Shown one piece after another: positions 48,693-59,212 of a DNA stretch of 64,000 nt. The notes under the pieces were generated by a model. It was not told the origin of the DNA. It searched no databases and saw only the letters and a list, made by a program, of their open reading frames with translations. The stretch spans positions 96,001 to 160,000 of the forward strand of contig JASGHG010000001.1 of NCBI GenBank assembly GCA_047602425.1, given 5' to 3'. Position numbers and translations under genes: made by a program. How positions within the stretch are numbered: position 1 is the stretch's first letter; each line of letters begins with the position of its first letter. The DNA comes from Nibricoccus sp. (lineage in GTDB: Bacteria > Verrucomicrobiota > Verrucomicrobiia > Opitutales > Opitutaceae).

Positions 48693-48781
48693 AATTACCT
48701 TTGTTGAGTGGTTTTGTTTTTGCCCAAATCGGTTTGGGTGAGAACACGGATAACCACGTCCCTCCGGCCTGAAATATCTTC

Positions 48782-48802
48782 GCGGTAACAAAGCGGATAC
48801 AT
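48782..48802 (-). promoter_or_regulatory. Putative response-regulator binding site, copy 2
   Basis: Minus strand ATGTATCCGCTTTGTTACCGC (11-bp direct repeat TGTATCCGC/TGTTACCGC), 90 bp upstream of the GTG at 48692. Confidence 0.65.
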
Positions 48803-48849
48803 TGTGCCCGGCGACGAAGATTAAGCGCCAGAAATCGGCACCCGTTACG

Positions 48850-49197
48850 CTACGCCCACTGGTTCGTATCATTTTTGACGGATGCGTGCTCCTGAAGCTC
48901 CATGGGAGTCGGTCCTTGCAGGGAGCTCATGATCATGGCCAAAGCAAGAAAGACAGCCGCACAACCAAAACCAATCAAAAGAGCAACAGGCAATCTCCAA
49001 GGCTTTCTTTTTCTGTGGGCGATCACATGAATGAGCAGCCAAAGGAGGGAAATGGAGGTAAAAACGACAAACAATCTGAGGAGATCATTGGGATCAATAA
49101 ACCACCAATGCTTCCTAACCTCGATGTACCTCAGAGTCAGTGTGAATATTGAAATCACTTCCTTTGCATTATGGGCGATTTGGCTTCGCAACGACAA
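48850..49197 (-). CDS. Small two-TM membrane protein or gene remnant
   Basis: Two hydrophobic segments separated by HRKRKP; TTG start uncertain; AT-rich. Confidence 0.4.
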   Translation of the reverse strand: MSLRSQIAHNAKEVISIFTLTLRYIEVRKHWWFIDPNDLLRLFVVFTSISLLWLLIHVIAHRKRKPWRLPVALLIGFGCAAVFLALAMIMSSLQGPTPMELQEHASVKNDTNQWA

Positions 49198-49227
49198 TAC
49201 TGCGTAAACGTTGGCACTGGCACGTGG

Positions 49228-49839
49228 TTATTTCTTATAACGTCTCGCTTGAAAGCGTACCGCTTCGTTCTGGTGAGCAGCTTTCAGGGACGATGATTGC
49301 GTAGAAATGGCCTTCGCTCGATCAACCAGCCCCGCGGCGGTGAGGGATTCGGCAAAATCGTCCAAAAGCACGGCGTAACCGAGTGGATCGCTCGACTCGA
49401 TACCGACCTTTTCCAATTCGCTCATTGCTCTTTCGTATATCGGAACGGCTTTCGCGTGCTCGCCGATATCGTGCAACAGGCGAGAATATTCCGACAGAGC
49501 AGGAGGAAGCAGTTTGTCGGCTTCGCCCTTCGCTTTGTCGATAAGCGCGAGGACGTCCAGAAACGCCTTTTCGGAGTCCGCGTAGTTGCCGGCGTAGCCT
49601 GTGACGCGAGCGTATTCGTAAAGATAGTAAGCCTCGGCTTTCGGCCCCAGATTACCGATTTTGGCGTTGCCATAGGCCCTTGAGAAATTGCGCTGCGCCA
49701 GTGCGAGATCACCTCCGCGTTCAGCTGCGACGCCGTATTCGTAATATTGCTGAGCGGTGCGGGAGTTGATCGGATTTGCACAACCTGCGAGCACCAAAGA
49801 AACAACCAAACTGAGGGATGGAAGAAGCGTGGTTTTCAT
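49228..49839 (-). CDS. TPR-like lipoprotein
   Basis: Lipobox LAGC; helical TPR-like repeats. Confidence 0.8.
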   Translation of the reverse strand: MKTTLLPSLSLVVSLVLAGCANPINSRTAQQYYEYGVAAERGGDLALAQRNFSRAYGNAKIGNLGPKAEAYYLYEYARVTGYAGNYADSEKAFLDVLALIDKAKGEADKLLPPALSEYSRLLHDIGEHAKAVPIYERAMSELEKVGIESSDPLGYAVLLDDFAESLTAAGLVDRAKAISTQSSSLKAAHQNEAVRFQARRYKK

Positions 49840-50141
49840 TTTTTGCTTATGTTAAACGGGTGCCGTCTGATGGCAACGAACCCGCCAATAACTGTATCCG
49901 AAGCGAAAACGTTCTATTTCATTCGTAAGGATGAGCAAGCCACGTCTTTCAGTTCAGTCCTTCGCAAAGCACACAGAGCGGTTGCAGCCGGGGGATCTTA
50001 TTATTAAATACGCTTTGCTTCTACCCCGCGATTTCCGACACTGCCCAGTACCCCTTTTGGCGCGGAACACCAGGCCCTCTCGCCTCTGCGCACTGCTTTC
50101 TCCCCTTCCCCGGCTTATCCCGAGCCGGGGCTTCCCAGAAT

Positions 50142-52229
50142 ATGAACCCAATATACACCACCCCAGTTGTATCCGGTCGTAGGTTCGGCATGCTCCATGC
50201 CGGCCTGTACGCCGTTGTCTGTCTGCTGTCGTTAGGTACCTCTGTTCGCGCCGCCACCTACTACGTTTCACCCAGTGGCAACGACGCCAACGCCGGCACG
50301 ATTTCCGCGCCGTTCGCCACCGTTCCCAAGGCCGTCTCGGTCGTCGCGGCCGGCGATACGATTTACCTGCGCGGCGGCACGCATGCTTATTCCAGCATGA
50401 TCACGATCGCCAACTCCGGCACTTCGAGTGCACCGATCAAGATGCTCGCCTACCCCGGCGAAAAACCCGTGCTCAACTTCAGCACGCAGCCCTACGGCTC
50501 AGCGAATCGCGGCATCCTCATTACCACGACGGCGAATTGGTGGCAGTTCGTTGGCTTCGAAATTTGCTACGCCGGCGACAACGGCGTGAAGGTCGAGGGC
50601 AGCCACCTGCGTTTCGAGCGCTGTGTCTTCCATCACAATGGCGACACCGGTCTTCAGATCGGTTTCGGTCACACGGACTCCAATCCCGGCGGTCAACTCG
50701 CCGCCTACATCGACGTCGTGAACTGCGATTCCTATCGCAACTACGATCCCGACAATCGCGGTTCCGATGCCGATGGCTTTGCGGCCAAGATGCACTGCGG
50801 CCAAGGCATTACCTTCAACGGCTGTCGCTCGTGGGAAAACTCCGATGACGGCTGGGATCTGTTCGAAACCGACTACTCCGTCGTGATCAACGATTGCTGG
50901 ACGTGGCACAATGGCGACGGCGCTTTGTTTCCAGGCAGTGGTTCGTTCCAGGGCAATGGCAACGGCTTCAAGCTCGGCGGCGACGGCGCGGGCGGCGCCT
51001 CCATGGGCACGCATTACGCGTTCTTCTGCGTTTCGTTTAACAACAAATACAAGAGCAACGGCCAGGGCTTCACCAACAATTCCCACAAAGACGGCATCGC
51101 GCTCACTAACTGCCTCTCGTTCGCCAACGGCGCCAGCGCCTACAGCTACTTCATCGAAGGCGGCGTCAATTCCGGCAAATCGAACCTCGTACGCAACTGC
51201 GTGAGTTTCCCGCGCAGTGGCTCCGCGACCAATGTCTCGTTCGATAACGACGTCATTGCGCAAAACTGCTCATGGGCGCTCGCCGTCACCGCCAACGAGT
51301 CCGACTTCGGCGATCTCTCCGAAACCGCCGCCGCCGCCCCGCGTCAGGCGGACGGCAGCCTGCCGCTCGGCTTCGCAAGACTGCTTGCCGGTAGCGACCT
51401 GATCGACAAGGGCATCAATGTCGGCTTCCCCTACAGCGGCACCGCGCCCGATCTCGGACCTGACGAATACGGCAGCGGAGGAAGTTCGAGCAGTAGCTCG
51501 TCGTCATCCAGCTCGAGTTCATCGTCCTCCAGTTCGAGCAGCAGCAGTTCTTCGAGTTCCTCCTCCTCTTCATCGAGCTCCAGCTCTTCCTCGTCGTCCT
51601 CAAGCTCGTCGAGCAGTTCGTCGTCTTCCTCCAGTTCCAGCTCGGGCAGCGGCACCACGGTCATCTTTACGGCGGTCGCCACCGAAGACGGGCGCGTACT
51701 CGAATCAAGCGAGGGCTCCAACAGCGGCGGCTCGACCAACTCGGCCGATGCGACGGTTGAAGCCCTGCGCACTGGCGACGACGCGAGCGACCGGCAGTTC
51801 AAGACCATCCTGTCGTTCGACACTTCGTCGATCCCGGACGGCGCCACGATCGTCTCAGCCACGTTACGCCTAAAACGTGGTTCGGTCACTGGCACCAATC
51901 CGTTCACCACGCACGGCAGCCTGCTCGTCGACATTAAGGGCGGCACGGGCTTCAGCGGCTCGTTTTCGCTCCAGACCGGCGACTTTCAAGCCTCCGCCGA
52001 CGCAACGGCTGCCGCCACTATGAGTGCGGCCAATGCCAACGGCGATGTCTCCTCCGGCGCGCTCAATGCCCCTGGCCGCAGCCTCGTCAACAAGACTGGC
52101 AAGACGCAGCTCCGCGTCGCGTTCTCCCTCGATGACAACGACGACACTGGCGCCGACTATATCGGCTGGTACTCCGCCAACGACGCCACCGCCGCCAACC
52201 GGCCTGTTCTCGAAATCACCTACCAGTAA
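50142..52229 (+). CDS. PL9-like (PelL-type) pectate lyase beta-helix protein with 54-Ser linker and C-terminal DNRLRE/CBM96-like domain
   Basis: YYVSPSGND, YLRGG, NCDSYRN, ADGFAAK, NSDDGWD, GNGNGFKLGG; poly-Ser 51483-51644; LSFDTSSIPDGATIVSATLRL...RPVLEITY. Confidence 0.88.
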   Translation: MNPIYTTPVVSGRRFGMLHAGLYAVVCLLSLGTSVRAATYYVSPSGNDANAGTISAPFATVPKAVSVVAAGDTIYLRGGTHAYSSMITIANSGTSSAPIKMLAYPGEKPVLNFSTQPYGSANRGILITTTANWWQFVGFEICYAGDNGVKVEGSHLRFERCVFHHNGDTGLQIGFGHTDSNPGGQLAAYIDVVNCDSYRNYDPDNRGSDADGFAAKMHCGQGITFNGCRSWENSDDGWDLFETDYSVVINDCWTWHNGDGALFPGSGSFQGNGNGFKLGGDGAGGASMGTHYAFFCVSFNNKYKSNGQGFTNNSHKDGIALTNCLSFANGASAYSYFIEGGVNSGKSNLVRNCVSFPRSGSATNVSFDNDVIAQNCSWALAVTANESDFGDLSETAAAAPRQADGSLPLGFARLLAGSDLIDKGINVGFPYSGTAPDLGPDEYGSGGSSSSSSSSSSSSSSSSSSSSSSSSSSSSSSSSSSSSSSSSSSSSSSSSSSSSSSGSGTTVIFTAVATEDGRVLESSEGSNSGGSTNSADATVEALRTGDDASDRQFKTILSFDTSSIPDGATIVSATLRLKRGSVTGTNPFTTHGSLLVDIKGGTGFSGSFSLQTGDFQASADATAAATMSAANANGDVSSGALNAPGRSLVNKTGKTQLRVAFSLDDNDDTGADYIGWYSANDATAANRPVLEITYQ

Positions 52230-52286
52230 TCTCCAACCCTAACCGAGCCGGAGGAGGAATATCTTTCTCCGGCTCAACTTCTTTGT

Positions 52287-54251
52287 ATGAAAATTTCCAC
52301 GACAAAACTCGTTCGCGCGTTGCGCCCTTTCGTTTTCGCAATCGCGCTTTTCACCCCTGTCCACGCCGCTGAGTTCTACGTTTCCCCTTCCGGCAACGAT
52401 TCGAATGCTGGCACGCTCGCCTCGCCTTTCGCTACACCGCAAAAGGCCCTCGCCACGATGGCCTCCGGCGACACCGTGTACCTGCGCGGCGGAACCTATA
52501 ACCTGAGCACACAGGTAAAAACCGTCGTCGCCGGAACGGCCTCCAACTACTGCAAACTCTGGGCCTACCCCGGCGAAAAACCCGTCTTCAATTTCGCCTC
52601 GCTGCCGAGTGCGACCAAAGGTCTCTACATCTCGAAGGACTATTGGTACGTCGACGGCATCGAGGTCGCCAACGCCACTGACAACGGCATCATTGTCGCC
52701 GGCAGCGGCTATAGCATCATCGAGGGGTGCATTGTCCACGATTGTAATAATGACGGCATTCGTCTCGGCAGTTCCTCGGCCACTGCCCATCACACGCTGA
52801 TCCTGAACTGCGATTCCTACCGCAACTTTCAGGTCTCTTCGGGCGGAAATAACGGCGATGGCTTCGCGGCTAAAGCCGGGCAAGGCGAAGGCAACATCTT
52901 CCGCGGCTGTCGCGCTTGGAACAACTCCGACGACGGCTGGGATTTTTATGACAACAACGTCTCCATCACCCTCGAAAACTGCTGGGCGTTTTCCAACGGC
53001 ATCAACGTCTGGGGCGTGAGCAACTTCAGCGGCAACGGCAACGGCTTCAAACTCGGTGGCGCCGGCACCACCGCCCGGCACACACTGAAAAACTGCCTCG
53101 CCTTCGACAATGTTCACGATGGCTTTGACCAAAACTACAACAGCGGCAGTGTGACGCTCTACAACTGCACCGGTTTCCGCAACGGCGTGAACTTCCAGTT
53201 TCCCGACACTCCGACGGTCGGCGTCGACGTGATGAAAAACAACATCTCCCACAATGGCCCGAACTTTATCAACAGCGCGGCCCAACTCACCACCAACAGC
53301 TGGCAGGGCTTCACCGTCACCGATGCGGACTTCGCCAGCGTCAACGCCGCGACCGCCACTTCCGCCCGAAATGCCGACCAGTCGCTTCCGACCCTCACGT
53401 TTCTCCGGCTCGTTGTCGGTAGCGATTTGATCGATGCCGGCGTCAACATCGGCCTGCCGTACAATGGCAGCGCGCCCGATCTCGGCGCTTACGAATACGG
53501 CAGCAGCTCCGGCGGCTCGTCGTCCAGTTCGTCATCGTCGTCGTCCTCCTCCAGTTCGAGCAGCAGTAGTTCCTCGTCGAGTTCGTCTTCTTCCTCGTCG
53601 AGCTCCAGCTCTTCTTCCTCGTCGTCTTCGAGTTCGTCGTCCTCGAGCAGTTCCTCCTCCGGCTCCAGCGGCGCCACCACGATCACGCTCACCGCCATCG
53701 CCGCCGAAGATGGCCGCGTACTCGAATCAAGTGAAACCTCCAACAGCGGCGGCTCGACCAACTCGTCCGACGCCACGGCTAGCGCGCTGCTCACAGGTGA
53801 CGATGCAAGCGATCGTCAGTTCAAAACCATCCTATCGTTCGACACCTCGGCGATTCCCGATAGTGCAACGATCACCTCCGCGACGTTACGCCTAAAACGT
53901 GGTTCGGTCACCGGCACCAATCCGTTCACCACTCACGGCAGTCTCCTCGTCGACATCAAAGGTGGCACAGGGCTCAGTAATTCCGCGTCTCTGCAGACCG
54001 GCGACTTCCAAGCCGCTGCTGATGCGACCGCTGTGGCCACGATGAGCGCTGCCAACGCCAATGGCGATGTCTCCTCCGGCGCGCTCAACGCCACCGGCCG
54101 CAGCCTCGTCAACAAGACCGGCAAGACCCAGCTGCGCGTCTACTTCTCGCTCGACGACAACGACGACACCGGCGCCGACAATATCGGCTGGTACTCCGGG
54201 AACGACGCCACCGCCGCCAACCGCCCCGTCCTTGTCATCACATACCAGTAA
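52287..54251 (+). CDS. Second PL9-like pectate lyase with 48-Ser linker and near-identical C-terminal domain
   Basis: Same motifs (NCDSYRN, DGFAAK, NSDDGWD, GNGNGFKLGG); poly-Ser 53517-53660. Confidence 0.88.
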   Translation: MKISTTKLVRALRPFVFAIALFTPVHAAEFYVSPSGNDSNAGTLASPFATPQKALATMASGDTVYLRGGTYNLSTQVKTVVAGTASNYCKLWAYPGEKPVFNFASLPSATKGLYISKDYWYVDGIEVANATDNGIIVAGSGYSIIEGCIVHDCNNDGIRLGSSSATAHHTLILNCDSYRNFQVSSGGNNGDGFAAKAGQGEGNIFRGCRAWNNSDDGWDFYDNNVSITLENCWAFSNGINVWGVSNFSGNGNGFKLGGAGTTARHTLKNCLAFDNVHDGFDQNYNSGSVTLYNCTGFRNGVNFQFPDTPTVGVDVMKNNISHNGPNFINSAAQLTTNSWQGFTVTDADFASVNAATATSARNADQSLPTLTFLRLVVGSDLIDAGVNIGLPYNGSAPDLGAYEYGSSSGGSSSSSSSSSSSSSSSSSSSSSSSSSSSSSSSSSSSSSSSSSSSSSSSSGSSGATTITLTAIAAEDGRVLESSETSNSGGSTNSSDATASALLTGDDASDRQFKTILSFDTSAIPDSATITSATLRLKRGSVTGTNPFTTHGSLLVDIKGGTGLSNSASLQTGDFQAAADATAVATMSAANANGDVSSGALNATGRSLVNKTGKTQLRVYFSLDDNDDTGADNIGWYSGNDATAANRPVLVITYQ

Positions 54252-54281
54252 GAAGAACCAAACATCACTTCAAATACTCAG

Positions 54282-54310
54282 GGCCGGACTGCCAAGTCCG
54301 GCCTTTTTTT
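54282..54310 (+). terminator. Rho-independent terminator
   Basis: GGCCGGACT-gcca-AGTCCGGCC followed by T7. Confidence 0.85.
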
Positions 54311-54321
54311 GCGCCGTCCAC

Positions 54322-56556
54322 TCATTCCAATTTGAATTCGGTCTGGTCCGAGGCAGCGGGGGCGACGCCGAGAAACGGACCATAGCGTTCAAGCCAGTCA
54401 TCCATTTTCTTTAAGTAATATGCTGAATCGTAGGGACAACAGATCGGATCGAACGAGGCCAACGGGCGGGCGCGCTGCCAGTCGTTGGTTTTTCCTTTTT
54501 CCTTTGTCGTTATGTAGTAGCTCACACGGTCGCCCATTTTCGGACGAGGATTGAGCAACAGCGCCGCCTCGGCCGAGGCGCGGCGCGGTTTGCCGCCTTC
54601 GGCCACGAAGCGTTCGTAAGCATCGGGATTCTGGCTGAGTGTCTCCGCCTTGGCCAGGTCCGCGACAGGCAACGTCCGGTCTTTAATCCGGCGGCGATAT
54701 TCGGCGGTCAGTTCCAAGGGCGAATGTTTTTCCGCGCCGAGCAGGAACCGGATCAGCCCGTCGCTCAATTTTTTCAGATACGGTTCGGTTGCCCGCGACC
54801 GCAGCGCCGAGCCGCGCACCGTGATCTTCTGCCCATCGAAGAGGGCGTAGTTCTTCGCCTTGTAGCAAAACATCGCCTCGTAACTTCCGTCGTGCTCCAG
54901 ATCGATTCCGGTGGGCATCACCGACTCGACCGCCGCCAGCAACTTTTCGGGCTGGGCGAAAAAACTCTCCGACGAAAGATAGATGCCGTCGGTGTCCGCC
55001 TCGAGGATGGTGCAGCCGTGTTTGATAAATTCGTCGATCAACGCCTGCAAAAGATCGCGCCCGCGCCGTGTGACTTCCGCAGCCAATTCGCCATCGCCAA
55101 AACGCGCGCCGGAAAAACCGAGATAACCGTAGAATGAGTTGATCAGAATTTTGAAGTTCGCCTGCCGTGCCTGATATTCAACCCGCAGCTCCTCGGTTTC
55201 CGCCGTGCGTGCAAGGGTTTTATATTTCAATCGGTACTCGCGCAGCTGGCGTAACAGCGGGATGAATACGCCCAACGCGTCCGGCTTCGGATTGCGTCCG
55301 ATGTGGAGCAACAGACTCGGGTAGAGCGACGCTACGTCAAAGTGTAGGACGTGCTTGAATACGCCTTCCTGAAAACTGCGCGTGTAGCCGCCCTCGAATG
55401 GTTGCACTTCCGGCGGCACGGAACAGGCCCGGCGGGCGTGATAATATTCCTCCAGAAAGAGCAGATCGATTTTGCCAGTCGTGCCGCGGAGCGTGGCGTC
55501 CTGAAGAAAAATGGGAAAGGTTCGCGTCTGCTCAAAATACGTCGGCAGCAGCAAGTCGGCAACGCCCTTCGTCTCGCGCAAATCGTCGCCGAGGTACGCC
55601 AGAAACCGGGCCCGGTCTTTCACGAATTCGTGCTGGATGCTGTTGCCCTCGATGTAGGTTCGCTCGCCGCGTTCCTCCGCCTCTTCAGAGGTGATGCCGA
55701 AATAAACCGCCACGTCTTTCAACCCGTAGGCCGTCATCTCGCGCGTCGTGATGTCGTAAAGCTGAACCAACAGATAGGTATCAACGACAGCACGACCCGG
55801 CAGATCGCATCGCGGAAAATCGATCCAGCGCTCGGCCACCTTGAGCCGGCTGTTGCGAAACTTCGCCGTTTGTCCGAAGCGTCCCCACGCGCAGGGAACT
55901 TTGAAACGCTTCGCTCGCTGCCGCAGATAATCGAGGTCGAACTTGAAGATGTTGTGTCCCTCGATCACGTCCGGATCTTCGGTGCGCAGCACGTCGTTGA
56001 GTTGCAGCAGAAGTTTTTTCTCCGCCTCGTCCGTCATGTCCTCCAGAACGAGCAAGCGCTGGCGCGTGCCAAACTGTAGTCCGATCGCGAGCACGCGGTC
56101 AGCCGGTTGCGCGGCATTGCTAAAACCGCCGTCACCGGAGGCGGTTTCGATGTCGAGCTGGCAACGATGCAGCTGACCAAAAGTCATGTCGCGATAAAGA
56201 CGTTCGCGGCGTTGTAGCAAATACTGGCTCTCCAGCGGACGAATCACGTCGGTTGCGCCCTTGGTTTTCGCTTCGTCCAAGAGACGCTCATATGCTTCGA
56301 GCGAGTCGGCGATGAGCAACCGCGTGAACGTCCCCTCGCCTTCGAGCGGCTCGATCTTCGCTCCGAGCATGTCGCCACTCACCGCGTCCGCATTCAGCCA
56401 AGCGAAGGGTTTGAACGTTTCGACGCGTTCCTCGCGATGACCATCCGGCTTCGCGATCGCCACATGCGCGCGACCGGTGCCATCGACCCACAGCCCGCAC
56501 AACGAGCCCGCCCCATTTACTTTCGGCGCGGAGAGAGATGGAGAACCGGATTCCAT
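54322..56556 (-). CDS. Family B DNA polymerase with 3'-5' exonuclease domain
   Basis: Exonuclease motifs LDIET, GHNIFKFD; polymerase motifs FDVASLYPS, KILINSFYGY, ADTDG, KAKNYA. Confidence 0.9.
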   Translation of the reverse strand: MESGSPSLSAPKVNGAGSLCGLWVDGTGRAHVAIAKPDGHREERVETFKPFAWLNADAVSGDMLGAKIEPLEGEGTFTRLLIADSLEAYERLLDEAKTKGATDVIRPLESQYLLQRRERLYRDMTFGQLHRCQLDIETASGDGGFSNAAQPADRVLAIGLQFGTRQRLLVLEDMTDEAEKKLLLQLNDVLRTEDPDVIEGHNIFKFDLDYLRQRAKRFKVPCAWGRFGQTAKFRNSRLKVAERWIDFPRCDLPGRAVVDTYLLVQLYDITTREMTAYGLKDVAVYFGITSEEAEERGERTYIEGNSIQHEFVKDRARFLAYLGDDLRETKGVADLLLPTYFEQTRTFPIFLQDATLRGTTGKIDLLFLEEYYHARRACSVPPEVQPFEGGYTRSFQEGVFKHVLHFDVASLYPSLLLHIGRNPKPDALGVFIPLLRQLREYRLKYKTLARTAETEELRVEYQARQANFKILINSFYGYLGFSGARFGDGELAAEVTRRGRDLLQALIDEFIKHGCTILEADTDGIYLSSESFFAQPEKLLAAVESVMPTGIDLEHDGSYEAMFCYKAKNYALFDGQKITVRGSALRSRATEPYLKKLSDGLIRFLLGAEKHSPLELTAEYRRRIKDRTLPVADLAKAETLSQNPDAYERFVAEGGKPRRASAEAALLLNPRPKMGDRVSYYITTKEKGKTNDWQRARPLASFDPICCPYDSAYYLKKMDDWLERYGPFLGVAPAASDQTEFKLE

Positions 56557-56659
56557 TTTCTCTCATTGAGAACACCGATCCCCGGATCGCCAACGCCAAA
56601 TCCGTTCGATGTCAGCCCAACTAGCACCCGGCACCAGCCTAGCGTCTCAATACTACGAT

Positions 56660-57130
56660 TCAGGGCACCGCTTTCAGTGCCTCGTCGACGTAGCTAAAAA
56701 ATACTTCGTAGAGCGACGATTCGCGCAGCGGCAGGAGTGTCCCCTGCCCCGGGCGCTTGTTGAAATCGTCTTCCACCATGCGCGAGAAAAGCACTTCAAT
56801 TTTCGAACCACCTTCAATCGCCACGGAAATTTTCGCATCGAACAGGACCTGGCGCGCCGTGCCGGGGCTGCCCGCGATGCTCGCATCCAAGGGACCGAAG
56901 GCGTGGATGATGCCTTGCGCCGGACCACCTTTCTCGAAGGTGTAGTTCATCTTTTTCAGCGCGGCCCGGGCGACATCGTAGGCTTTGCGCGGGTCGACGT
57001 TGACGACCTTCACCTGATATTGCGGCGGGGCGAAACGCTCGCGCACGTCGTTGCGAACCGTTTCACAGCCGGCAAGGACAAGAGCGAACAAAACCAGGAG
57101 AAAGAGGCAGGGAATTTTTACGGCGTTCAT
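56660..57130 (-). CDS. Hypothetical lipoprotein
   Basis: Lipobox LAGC; ATGA-type overlap with the aguA stop. Confidence 0.75.
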   Translation of the reverse strand: MNAVKIPCLFLLVLFALVLAGCETVRNDVRERFAPPQYQVKVVNVDPRKAYDVARAALKKMNYTFEKGGPAQGIIHAFGPLDASIAGSPGTARQVLFDAKISVAIEGGSKIEVLFSRMVEDDFNKRPGQGTLLPLRESSLYEVFFSYVDEALKAVP

Positions 57131-58173
57131 GCGGGTTGTTGTTGCGAGATGCAATGGAGCGTACCGCGCCCAAGCACGAGGTCGAGACAATCGACCGGCA
57201 CAATCTCGCGGCCCGGGAAACAGTCGCCGAGGATTTCGGCCGCTTCGGCGTCGCGCTTCGGCTGGCGGAAAGCAGGCATGAGCACAGCGCCGTTGAGCAC
57301 AAGATAGTTCGCGTAAGTCGCGGGCAGGCGTTGCTCGCCCTTGTAACACGGAAGCGGCATTGGCAGCTCGACGATCTTGAACTTCTTGCCCGCTGGCGTG
57401 CGCAGGCTTTTCAGGCGTTCGAGGTTTTCGCACAGCGCGCGATAATTGACGTCGCGAGGATTCGCTTCGACCGCGGTGGCTATGCCGCCAGATGGAAGGA
57501 ACCGGCTGAGATCGTCGACGTGGCCATCCGTATCATCACCTTCAATACCGTCGCCCAACCAATAGATCGTGTGCACACCGAGATAATCGCGGAGCGCCTG
57601 CTCGATCTGTTCGCGCGTGAGGTGGGGATTGCGGTTTTTGTTCAGCAAGCAAGCCTCGGTTGTCAGAAGCAGGCCCTCACCGTTCACTTCAATCGAACCA
57701 CCTTCAAGAATCATGGGGTGCGCAAAACGGCGCAGGCCGAGCTTCGCGGCGATCTTCGCCGGAATGGCGTTGTCGGCTTTGAACTTCGGGTATTTGCCGC
57801 CCCAGGCGTTAAACTGCCAGTCGGTGAGCGCGACTTCGCCGGTACGCGTATGCTTCACAAAGATCGGGCCATGATCGCGGCACCAAGCGTCGTCGGTCGC
57901 ATGGGCGTAAATTTCGATGCGCGAAAGATCGGCCCCCGCCTGCTTAAGCAAACGGCGCGCCGTGGCGTGGAACGCGCTCGCGATATTAAACCGAACTGGT
58001 TCGTAGCGACTAATCGTCGCGGCGATTTCAGCAAATTTGGGCGGGATCGGCCGGTAGTTGCTCGGCCAGGTTTTACGGCGATGCGGCCAGGAAAGCCAGA
58101 TGGCGGCTTGCGGCTCCCATTCCGCAGGCATGCGGAAACCAAGGGCGGTCGGAGTTTTTTTTGCGGCAGCCAT
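57127..58173 (-). CDS. aguA: Agmatine deiminase family protein
   Basis: RMPAEWE, WCRDHGP, FNAWGGKY, LEGGSI, DDTDGHVD, GTLHCISQQ. Confidence 0.92.
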   Translation of the reverse strand: MAAAKKTPTALGFRMPAEWEPQAAIWLSWPHRRKTWPSNYRPIPPKFAEIAATISRYEPVRFNIASAFHATARRLLKQAGADLSRIEIYAHATDDAWCRDHGPIFVKHTRTGEVALTDWQFNAWGGKYPKFKADNAIPAKIAAKLGLRRFAHPMILEGGSIEVNGEGLLLTTEACLLNKNRNPHLTREQIEQALRDYLGVHTIYWLGDGIEGDDTDGHVDDLSRFLPSGGIATAVEANPRDVNYRALCENLERLKSLRTPAGKKFKIVELPMPLPCYKGEQRLPATYANYLVLNGAVLMPAFRQPKRDAEAAEILGDCFPGREIVPVDCLDLVLGRGTLHCISQQQPA

Positions 58174-58175
58174 GG

Positions 58176-59168
<993 letters not shown>

Positions 59169-59212
59169 GGTGTGCGCGGGTTGGCTTGAAGCCCGGCTTT
59201 GTAGCAAGACTG

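Noticed and set aside
48850..49900. Integron gene cassettes with attC sites
   Set aside because: GCCAAC/GTT-like words occur, but no convincing paired R and L boxes and no integron integrase were seen.
51431..53794. Acidic Glu/Asp/Leu-rich minus-strand ORFs (51431-51946, 53489-53794)
   Set aside because: They are antisense shadows of the poly-serine linkers.
54322..56556. Prophage, casposon or pipolin suggested by PolB
   Set aside because: No integrase, Cas1, structural genes or terminal repeats; flanked by housekeeping genes with host-like composition.
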